Source of the DNA: Takakia lepidozioides
Taxonomy: Eukaryota; Plantae; Bryophyta
Length of the DNA stretch: 64,000 bases
NCBI GenBank assembly: GCA_030704615.1
Contig: CM060734.1
Span: 58,714,001-58,778,000 of the forward strand
Direction: 5' to 3'
This document shows positions 24,130-33,449 of this stretch, one piece after another. Position 1 is the first letter of the stretch; the number at the start of each line of letters is the position of its first letter. A program made the translations under genes and the position numbers. The notes below the pieces were generated by a model. That model was not told the origin of the DNA. It saw only the letters and a program-made list of their open reading frames with translations, and did not search any database.

Positions 24130-24267
24130 ATTCATCCAAGAGGGCCAGATTTCAAGCACAAGACTACCTATGATTCCCTGTGGATCAATAGCTACAAGAA
24201 ACCTGCATGGATAGATGGTCAACTAAAGGCAGCAGCTGCAGCGGCACAGTTGATAAAATCAGGCACC
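23118..24267 (+). repeat. Tandem duplication of about 570-580 bp (intron-exon-intron-exon PDF module)
   Basis: 23118-23690 aligns with 23695-24267, including the introns. Confidence 0.9.
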
Positions 24268-27054
24268 TCAACCATGACCACAGCTTCTGGAAGAGGATCA
24301 AGAGAGGGAGTCCACAATGCCTCATCTGGCACTTCTGGGCATGTGAAGATGCTTTGTGAGGCAGGCAGACTGAAAGAGGCTCTACAGACTTTAAACCAAG
24401 GAGGCATTTCAGCAGATTCAGATACGTATGTCTGTCTCTTGCATAAGTGCATCAAGATGAAAGGCCTGGAAGCTGGAAAGCAGGTGCACACTCACATTAT
24501 CCAAAGTGGATTCACGCCAAATGTTTTTCTATTCAACACCCTTGTCAACATGTATGTTAAGTGCGGGAGCATCATGGATGCTCACCAAGTGTTCAACAGA
24601 ATGCCTCAACGATCTTTGATCACGTGGAATATAATGTTGGCAGGATTTACCAAGCATGGGTGTGGTAGGAGTGCTTTGGAGACCTATGAGCAAATGACGC
24701 GCGAAAGGGTGAAGCCCAACCACATCACTTTTGTTTGTGTTTGCAATGCGTGTGCAAGCCTGGGAGCCCTGGAAAAGGGGAAAGAGGTCCATGGTGACAT
24801 CGTCAAAGCTGGAATTGTACCAGATGTGATTCTGAACAATACCCTCGTGGACATGTATGCCAAATGTGGGTGCATCGAGGATGCAAAGGGAGTGTTCGAC
24901 ACTATGGCTGAACGAGATGTGGTGTCGTGGAGTGCGATGATTGCAGGATATGCACAGCAGGGGCGCGGGATGGAGGCTTTGGAGACGTATGAGCAAATGA
25001 TGGGCGAAGGGGTGAAGCCCAACCACATCACGTTTGTGTGCATTTGCAATGCGTGTGCAAGCCTGGCATCCCTGGAAAAGGGCAAAGAGGTCCATGGCGA
25101 CATCGTCAGAGCTGGAATTGTACCAAATGTCATTCTGAACACTGCCCTGGTGGACATGTATGCAAAATGTGGGAGCATCGAGGATGCAAAGGGAGTGTTC
25201 GACACTATGGCTGAACGAGATGTGGTGTCGTGGAGTGCGATGATTGCAGGATATGCACAGCAAGGGCGCGGGATGGAGGCTTTGGAGACCTATGAGCAAA
25301 TGATGGGGGAAGGGGTGAAGCCCAACAACATCACGTTTGTGTGCGTTTGCAGTGCATGTGCAAGCCTGGCAGCCCTTGAAAAGGGCAAAGAGGTGCATGG
25401 TTGCATCGCCAAAGCTGGAATTGTACCAGATATGATTCTGAACAATACCCTCGTAGACATGTATGCCAAATGTGGGAGCATCGAAGATGCAAAGGGAGTG
25501 TTCGACAATATGGCTGAACGAAATGTGGTGTCGTGGAGTGCGATGATTGCAGGATATGCACAGCAGGGGCGTGGGATGGAGGCTTTGGAGACGTATGAGC
25601 AAATGATGGGGGAAGGGGTGAAGCCCGACCACATCACGTTTGTGTGCGTTTGCAATGCTTGTGCAAGCCTGGCAGCCCTGGAAAAGGGCAAAGAGGTGCA
25701 TGGTTGCATCGCGAAAGCTGCAATTGTACCAAATGTCATCCTGAACACTGCCCTGGTGGACATGTATGCCAAATGTGGGAGCATGGGGGATGCGAAGGGA
25801 GTGTTCAACAATATGGCTGAACGAAATGTGGTGTCGTGGAGTGCGATGATTGCAGGGTATGCACAGCAGGGGCGCGGGATGGAGGCTTTGGAGACGTATG
25901 AGCAAATGATGGGGGAAGGGGTGAAGCCCGACCACATCACATTTGTGTGCATTTGCAGTGCGTGTGCAAGCCTGGCAGCCCTGGAAAAGGGCAAAGAGGT
26001 GCATGGTTGCATCGCCAAAGCTGGAATTGTACCAGATGTGATTCTGAACAATACCCTCGTGGACATGTATGCCAAATGTGGGAGCATCGAGGATGCAAAG
26101 GGAGTGTTCGACAATATGGCTGAACGAAATGTGGCGTCTTGGAACGCGATGATGGCAGGATATGCACAGCATGGTTGTCATAGGGAGGTCGTGCAACAAT
26201 TTGAAGGAATGCAAAAGAACGGCTTGAAGCCGGACGGTATCACCTTTATATGTGTTCTCTCTGCATGCAGCCACGCTGGCCTACTGAATGAAGGAAGACG
26301 CTACTTTGATTCCCTGAGTCAAGATCATGGTGTCACTCCGACAGTAAAGCACTTTGGCTGCATGGTGGACCTTCTTGGACGTGCGGGACAACTGGATGAG
26401 GCAGTGGACCTGATTAGTAGAATGCCCATCAATCCAAATGTTGTGATGTGGAAGGCCTTGCTTGGTTCCTGCAGAATCCACGGGAATGTGGAGATGGCTG
26501 AACGTGCAGCAACATCTATCCTCAAGTGGGATGAACAGGATGCCGCGACTTATGTGTTGCTCTCAAACATCTATGCTGCAGCTGGCAGGTGGGATGATAC
26601 TGCAAAGGTGAGAAGAATGATGAAGGTCAGAGGGGTTAGAAAGGAGCCAGGTCGCTGCTGCATTGAGGTTGGCAACAGGGTGCACACCTTCGTTGTAGAT
26701 GACAAGTTGCATCCCAGAATTAAGGAAATCCATGCTGAGCTGAGAAGATTGTCTGTGCAGATGAAGGAGGCGGGGTATGTGCCTGACACGCGCTTTGTAT
26801 TGCATGATGTGGGGGAGGAGGAAAAGGAATTTTCTCTCTGCCACCACAGTGAGAAGCTGGCCATTGGTTTTGGGCTGATCAGCACGACCCCTAGGACGCC
26901 TCTCCGTCTCATCAAGAATCTTCGAGTGTGTGGTGACTGCCACACCTCCACCAAATTCATCTCAAAGATTGTTGGCCGAGCAATTGTTGTACGGGACGCT
27001 AACCGCTTTCACCACTTTGAAGATGGGATTTGTTCTTGTGGGGATTACTGGTGA
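24130..27054 (+). CDS. PLS-class PPR protein with E1-E2-DYW cytidine deaminase domain (organellar C-to-U editing factor), terminal exon
   Basis: 20 PLS motifs, PG box KEPGRCCIEV, HSEKLA, CGDCH and terminal CSCGDYW*. Confidence 0.97.
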   Translation: MHPRGPDFKHKTTYDSLWINSYKKPAWIDGQLKAAAAAAQLIKSGTSTMTTASGRGSREGVHNASSGTSGHVKMLCEAGRLKEALQTLNQGGISADSDTYVCLLHKCIKMKGLEAGKQVHTHIIQSGFTPNVFLFNTLVNMYVKCGSIMDAHQVFNRMPQRSLITWNIMLAGFTKHGCGRSALETYEQMTRERVKPNHITFVCVCNACASLGALEKGKEVHGDIVKAGIVPDVILNNTLVDMYAKCGCIEDAKGVFDTMAERDVVSWSAMIAGYAQQGRGMEALETYEQMMGEGVKPNHITFVCICNACASLASLEKGKEVHGDIVRAGIVPNVILNTALVDMYAKCGSIEDAKGVFDTMAERDVVSWSAMIAGYAQQGRGMEALETYEQMMGEGVKPNNITFVCVCSACASLAALEKGKEVHGCIAKAGIVPDMILNNTLVDMYAKCGSIEDAKGVFDNMAERNVVSWSAMIAGYAQQGRGMEALETYEQMMGEGVKPDHITFVCVCNACASLAALEKGKEVHGCIAKAAIVPNVILNTALVDMYAKCGSMGDAKGVFNNMAERNVVSWSAMIAGYAQQGRGMEALETYEQMMGEGVKPDHITFVCICSACASLAALEKGKEVHGCIAKAGIVPDVILNNTLVDMYAKCGSIEDAKGVFDNMAERNVASWNAMMAGYAQHGCHREVVQQFEGMQKNGLKPDGITFICVLSACSHAGLLNEGRRYFDSLSQDHGVTPTVKHFGCMVDLLGRAGQLDEAVDLISRMPINPNVVMWKALLGSCRIHGNVEMAERAATSILKWDEQDAATYVLLSNIYAAAGRWDDTAKVRRMMKVRGVRKEPGRCCIEVGNRVHTFVVDDKLHPRIKEIHAELRRLSVQMKEAGYVPDTRFVLHDVGEEEKEFSLCHHSEKLAIGFGLISTTPRTPLRLIKNLRVCGDCHTSTKFISKIVGRAIVVRDANRFHHFEDGICSCGDYW
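24670..26165 (+). repeat. About five near-identical 303-bp PLS triplet repeats
   Basis: 101-aa unit (…ALETYEQMMGEGVKP…DMYAKCGSIEDAKGVF…) repeated at the DNA level. Confidence 0.95.
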
Positions 27055-27929
27055 AAGGATGTTTTCTTGGAAAGATGCGAGTGTCTTGCTTCATTCATTG
27101 ATCTGTGTAGCTACTCAGATCATTCACCATTTCCTGAGAGTATTGACCATGATGTACTGTTGAGTGCATTTCTGTACTGTTGAGTCATAGAGGATTGTTC
27201 ATAGACACCTGTTCGGTCATAGCCCAACTTACCCTAGTGGTTTGGATGGAAGGCTAGTGATGAATTGAGAATCCCCAGAGTTCTCGACGTTGATCTTATA
27301 AGGTAAAATTGGGGGGCTCTACTCTTCCCACCACAAGAACTAAACAGGGCCACTCACCCCGTCAGTCCAATGCGACCGCATCATGCCGCTGCAGCGGAAG
27401 AGAAAACGACATGGCCAGCCACGCCCGATTTTCACTTAACAGATGCTTCATCCCCTAAGTGACTCCCTGTTCATTTGTTCATGATTGTGCGAGATACCAT
27501 CCCGTGTAGGCCATGCGTCCAAGCACCTGCACTTTGCCATCCCTCACTGAGCTACACCATGTTCAACGCTGTTAATCTCATCAACGCTTCCCTAGATTTC
27601 ATTGCAGGCAGTCCTCACGACTCTGTATTCTACCAATCTCTGCCCACAGTGCCGGTTCACAGTTCGCAGTTGCTGTCTAGATGCTCGCTCTCATTACACC
27701 TTAGTGGTTGATTTCAATCATGTACTAAACTAGTCTGTCATGCACTCTCAAGGCCGTCATTTCTGAGCTATTTCTACATATTCAGTACTCTGAGATCTTT
27801 GCCCACAACTTCTACAAGTTATTTTTCATTGTTAGTTCTTAGTTTTTTTATGATGAAGTTGGAGAGGGTGAAGACTAGGTGAACCTAGGTGAACCACTCC
27901 CCATTGCTTGTCCCCACACTCTCTCTCTC

Positions 27930-28096
27930 CTATGGGGGGTTTGAGTTAGTCTCCACACTGGGGCTGTGGCCTTCTCTTTGCATGCAAAAGCAAGAGCAGC
28001 CTTCTCATGCCAACCACCCTCCGAGTATGCATGAATGAGTGCAGTGTAGGAGTAGGCGTTTGGGGCTATCCCAATCTTGCGCATTTGATAGAACAC
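27930..28096 (-). pseudogene. Second P-class PPR fragment (EMB1006-like)
   Basis: FYQMRKIGIAPNAYSYTALIHAYSEGGWHEKAALAF, then a frameshift. Confidence 0.7.
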
Positions 28097-28917
28097 ACTT
28101 TTTCACTTTTTTTCACTGAGTCTCCGCGAGGGATGCATACCAGCAATTAGGCCTTCAGGATGTTGTTGTTTTTGCTCTAATCTGGGCAGGGTATCAGCTC
28201 TCTGCATCTAACGCAAACACACCCCAGTTGATCTCTTCAACACCCAACCTCCAGTTCCACCATATGTCTATGCTGGCAGCTCTCTTGTTTTATTGCAGGA
28301 GACACGAGTGTAGAAAGCAAAATAGGCAAAACAGGTCCAGCGTGCTGGATGATCAATAACTGTTTCATACTTCGCATGCGCAGAATTTGAAGTAGTTTAT
28401 TGAACCGGTCCTGGATTTCCTCCCCTCACGACTGTACGTGTCTCAAACAAATGTGGAAAGAGCCTTATGTCTTTCTAAACATATTCGAGTCTCCAATATC
28501 GTCTCTATTACATTTCCCTCTTCCACAGGATGCAGTGCAACCATAGCCACAGATGTCACATCTGTTGCAAGCTCAAGGGATAGAGGAGCAATGCTGGAAT
28601 CAGTCTCATCATGATGTTAACGCCAGCCCACAAAACAAAACTCAATTCCGACAGCAATGACCACGTCGGGGCTCACCAATCACAGTCTCGGTGGGCTGAA
28701 CGCAACACAATGGGGAAGTCTTAGAAGATTTCCTACGCAGAAATTCAAGCGTGTGTGCGATCAAACACCTCAAGTACTCTCAACAACGACCCTCGAACTC
28801 ACAAGACCGGCAGACCCTTACAGTGTGGGTTGTAGGGGAAGCGAAGCTCGGACATCCTGGCCTTTTACCACTGCCCACGCCAGATCGATAGATTCTGTCC
28901 CATGCAAAAGGGAAAAC

Positions 28918-29105
28918 TTCAACGAAGCAAAATAAAGAGTGCCGTGTTGTTCCAGCATGAGTTCCAAAGTAATCTCAGCTTCTGTGCCAGGGAAGGGGTT
29001 CAACGAAGCAAAATAAAGAGTGCCGTGTTGTTCCAGCATGAGTTCCAAAGTAATCTCAACTTCTGTGCCAGGGAAGGGGTTCAACGAAGCAAAAACAAGA
29101 GTGCC
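28918..29105. repeat. 81-bp tandem repeat (2.3 copies)
   Basis: Units start at 28918, 28999 and 29080; the first two differ by 1 nt. Confidence 0.95.
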
Positions 29106-29399
29106 AATTTAATTGCCGGCATGCGTTTCGAATGCAATTGCCACCCCATCTTATTTTCCACCGCAAGTTTTGCTGAGAAGTTTTGGAGATCAGGATTGCA
29201 GGTGTGGCGGACCACGACTGTCCCTTCCCAGCGTCCTTTTCTCCCCATGCAAGTTTTCTGTCTTTCCAGTACCCCAAAAGATGACAATCAACAGCTGTTG
29301 AACAATAGTTTCCCAGAGCTTGGACATTTAGGCCAAATGCAGGAGGTGATCACCCCTCATCAGAGTTTGAATCAATCATCTATGCCCAAAACTGATGCA

Positions 29400-30350
29400 T
29401 AAATTCAATGAGCACTGCTCAACACCTGTGCGTTCACTCATTAATGGCCAAAACTTTCAAGAGCATTTCATCACTTCCTCTAACAAGTCAATCCCCTTAG
29501 ATCTCTCCAACAGATTGTACACAGGCTGAGGCATCCAGATTCAAATATGTACAACAACCTCAAAAATGAAGATCTTTATTTGATCCCTCCAGTTTTTTCC
29601 CATTTCCTCACTGGTACAATGAGCTGTATCGAATCTCATCAATCGTATACACACAGATACACACCTCTCTCTATTTCAATTCTAGCTTACATTCATCTTC
29701 ATCTGCTAAACTACATACAATCCATCCAAGGCGTATCTCGTGGCCAGCATTTGCAACCGTATCCATCCGCCGTCGTGTAGGATGAGAGTTACTCTGCTAT
29801 TGTTTTCTTCTATTCCCCCTGCACTCTGAATGTTCAAACTGCACCCAAGAGCCAGACAAGCATCCATCTCTCAAAAACAACTGCTCTTTATTGCTGCAAG
29901 AAGAAATGATGTGCTTGATGTTGGTTCACTCATCATAGTAATTTGTCTTGAGCTCCATGGTCACAGACAATGGTGGAGATCTGCGGGCCAGTATCATGGA
30001 ATCCATGAGAGTTTCCGTGGTCCATATGCTGTTGAAGCTTTGACATGTTCTATTTTCATTTTACCTTTAGAAGACTTTGGTACCTTCTTTGGCGGTTTTT
30101 TGGCCACCTTGGTATTCCTCACTTTGACCCCTTTGCGTCCCTTGCTGCCTTCCATTTTGCTGTGAGTATGTCCCATCAAATGCTTGAGGTGTTCTCATCC
30201 CTAGTTTCCTTGCAAATGTTTGCCCCCATCTAGTTTACAAGGGATCTAGAACACGAGATAGATGTGAATACGCCACGGTGTGGATTTGACTATTTCATTG
30301 GAGTGAAGAGGTACAAGAACACGAAGAGGTGGAAGAGCATGAAAAGACGG
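29400..30350 (-). mobile_element. Possible decayed LTR-retrotransposon gag/protease remnant
   Basis: Weak DTG and TPWMD protease-like remnants plus a Lys-rich stretch; many stops. Confidence 0.25.
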
Positions 30351-30664
30351 GAAGAATCCTGAAGAGGTATGTTGAGTAGTTATAACTTATTACCAACGAT
30401 GCCAAGATTTGAGTACATGACGAAGCATGGATGAGGGAGAATTGTGACGTTTAGTGTAGAAAGTCACGTCCATCTGTTTTCTGATTGTACGCTTGGGATC
30501 AAGCATGGCTCGATCGCTTTGGATTTCAAATGAAATCTCAAACTCAGTTGCGAGTGAAGAAAAGAGAATTCCAATCAATGAGCAAACATGGCACTTGCAA
30601 GCAAACATGTACTACTAGTCCGGCATTAGCAGCCCGATCTAGATTAGAACATGGCAGCTAGTGC

Positions 30665-32863
30665 ATGACGGATCAGAAAGTATGGAGCATACTACCTCAA
30701 GATCTAGTGCAGAGAGTGTTAGTATGGTTGCCTATGGCCACCCTTGCCCGGGCGCGCACAGTGTGCAAGCAGTGGCACTCAACCATAGAAACATTTACCT
30801 TTCTTCAGCTTCGATCAAAGGTCTCCCCATGTCCGGACCTCTATCTTCTTCTATATTGGGAGGTGGATGATCGTAGCGTTTTGTACTACAAACCCACATC
30901 AGACCAGTGGCAGAAGCTGTTTTCTCTCTCATCAAATACATCTGCGGCATCCCCCGACCAAAAAGTGGCTGTTTGACACCGTCGTCAGCCCTGCTACCAT
31001 CTATGGTTGTGAGTTCTGGGCACCTGGTGTCCCTGTCTCCTGGTGGGAAAAGAATTTGGAACCATTACAGTCATCTTTTCTCCAAGCAATGCTTGGCGCC
31101 AGGAGCACAACTCCATCTCAGATCCTAGGTGCAGAGTTCGCATGTGTACCATTGCAATCCGAGGCCCTCTTCAGGCTTACAATCTTTCTCCATAGATTGC
31201 AGGCCCTTCCACCCAAAGGGCTAGTGGCAAGGGCCCTCACAACATCTATGAGGCTCAAAGCTGCAGGTTTCAGGAACTCCTGGTATGCTCGAGTGGACAG
31301 TTTATTTCAACGTAACGGATTTTCTACTGCTTTCCTATTACCAATGAACCCAGATGAGGTCGACATCACATCCAGACATAACCGCAACAGACTCATTAGG
31401 AGAGAGCTTATGGAATTACATGTCAAGAGAACTTGGAAGCTACCCAATCTCACGACAAAGCTCCACTTCTATCGAGAGACATTCTTGGTGCTCCGCGATG
31501 ATAGAATCTTGAGACCAAATTACCTTTCAGCACCCTTATCTCCTTCCCTCCTGAGGGCATTGGGGCGGTTCAGGGTGGGTTCCCACAACCTACGGATAGA
31601 GACTGGCAGATGGGAAAACCTGCAAAGGGAGGACCGCCTATGTCCAGCTTGCATAGGGGCAGCAAGGAAATTGAAACTGAAGAACACTTCTTCTTCTACT
31701 GCCCTCTATACTACGAGATCCGTGGGAGATTCCACTGTTTATTCAGTGGAACCCAAACTCTCACTGATGTCTTCCACTATGAGGATCAAAAATGCTTGGC
31801 AGCCTACCTGCACGAGGCCTTCACCCTTAGACAATCGCTAGAACATTAATTGTGGTTTCTGGATTTGTTCCTCTCTCATGTTTTCTTCCATTTTGTCCCT
31901 CTATGAGCTTTCCGCGGACGTTATAAAGCACCATTTCATTTCATTTCATTTCTCTCATTCATTCACTTGGAACTAGCACTTCCCCCTCTAGCAGGATTTG
32001 GTGGGCTTTTCTGCTTCGCAGGCACAGCGACGTTATTGGTTTGCAATCTTTTGACAAGGAGATGGACATCTCTTCCCCCTTTGCCTGGATTCAAACCAAC
32101 AATCAATCCGTGGACATTTGCGCATCTGGTGTTGGAAAGTGATAAAGACTCTTACAAGGTGATCATTGGGCGTTATGAGAATTCTCATTTTGGATTCAGG
32201 CCTCAGAGGTTTAAAGTGGATGTCTATGACTCCAGATCGAACATCTGGAGGAAACTAAGTAGCCCACCTCCCCAATTGGAAGTTTCTTTGAAGGGTAGTG
32301 TTTGCATTAACTCTCAGTTTCTGGGAGGCCGTGGTACTACGTCTCAAGTTGTGAATGGAGTTTTGTATTGTCTTGACAACGGATGGCGTCATGTAATGAG
32401 ATTTGACCTACAAGCAGGCATATGGATTGGTGAGCCATTTGCGCTTCCTCAATATACCCCTTGCACTTGGTTTCCGCCATGTCTTATGGAGCATAGAGGG
32501 AAAATCTGGCTGGTGGGTGCTCAAGCGAGCCATAGTAATCAGGAGATCACACCATCTCGACGAATCCTCCTACATCAGTTGGAGATGGAAACAAGACAAT
32601 GGATGGAGGTAGATCTTATACCAGCTGAACTACTGGGGAAGGAGTTACACTCCGCTGCATTACTTTGCAAAGTGCTTTCTACATGGACCGATCTTATTTC
32701 TTTATATTATCATTATATCACCAAAGATTTGGGTGTAGTCTACAATCTCTCTAAAGGCGCTTTCAATCACTTGCCGATGTCTCAACTAGCTGATCAGGAC
32801 AAGTGGTCCTTGATCTACTTGAGTGACTCTACTTTAGAACCAACATGGCATCTCGTCCCCTGA
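30665..32863 (+). pseudogene. F-box protein (F-box plus kelch-like propeller) interrupted by a LINE
   Basis: WSILPQDLVQRVLVWLP..ARTVCKQW F-box. Removing 30933-31958 restores a 390-aa ORF (QKLFSLS|FIHLELAL...). Confidence 0.9.
30933..31950 (+). mobile_element. 5'-truncated LINE family B (RTE-like) with (CATTT)n tail
   Basis: YGCEFW, RFRVGSHNLRIETGRW, CPAC and ETEEHFFFYCPLY; TSD tctctcat at 30925-30932 and 31951-31958. Confidence 0.92.
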
Positions 32864-33088
32864 AATCCAGTAATGGAGTATGTTGATGTTGCGGTTCAAT
32901 TAGCGCAGCTTTCAGTGACTACTTCAATTTTGCACTTGACTGCATTCACAAGTGTGGTATGTTAAAGCCTCAATACCAAAACAACGTGTAAGAAAGCTAC
33001 ATTCCGAAGAGACCAGTTTTGATATCTCTGATCAATCACTCCTTCGCAGTGATATGACGGTTGCTCAGTTGAGGATTTCTGTTTGACT

Positions 33089-33136
33089 AGAGAGAGAGAT
33101 CAGAGAGAGAGATGAGAGCGAGAGAGAGAGAGAGAG
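33089..33136. repeat. (GA)n microsatellite
   Basis: Interrupted GA tract. Confidence 0.85.
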
Positions 33137-33449
33137 TTATAATCGTATCTTCACCACGATTGAGACTTACTATAGAAACGTTACACATTAATTGTTGTTC
33201 CTAGTTTGGAACACAAAAATCTGGAGGCCGCCGACCTACAAGCGTCTGCTTTGTATTAGGGTTTACGAGATGCGAACTGCATGCAGGTATCAGAATCCCA
33301 AGGAATGGTTTTTAACGTTCGCATTTATACCGCATTGCAATCTCATGGCGTAGAAGGAAGCTTCTCTGCCAGACCCAGCTGAGAATTCTCTCTCACCAGA
33401 CGAGGTAGACAGAGAGGAGGGCGGGGGGTGTGGGTGATGAATTTGCACC

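Noticed and set aside
24529-26274. 581-aa antisense ORF and other antisense ORFs over the PPR gene
   Set aside because: A shadow of the repeated 303-bp unit, which lacks stops on the reverse strand.
26640-27054. U-to-C (DYW:KP) type editing domain
   Set aside because: It has a PG box, HSEKLA and a terminal DYW, typical of C-to-U DYW domains.
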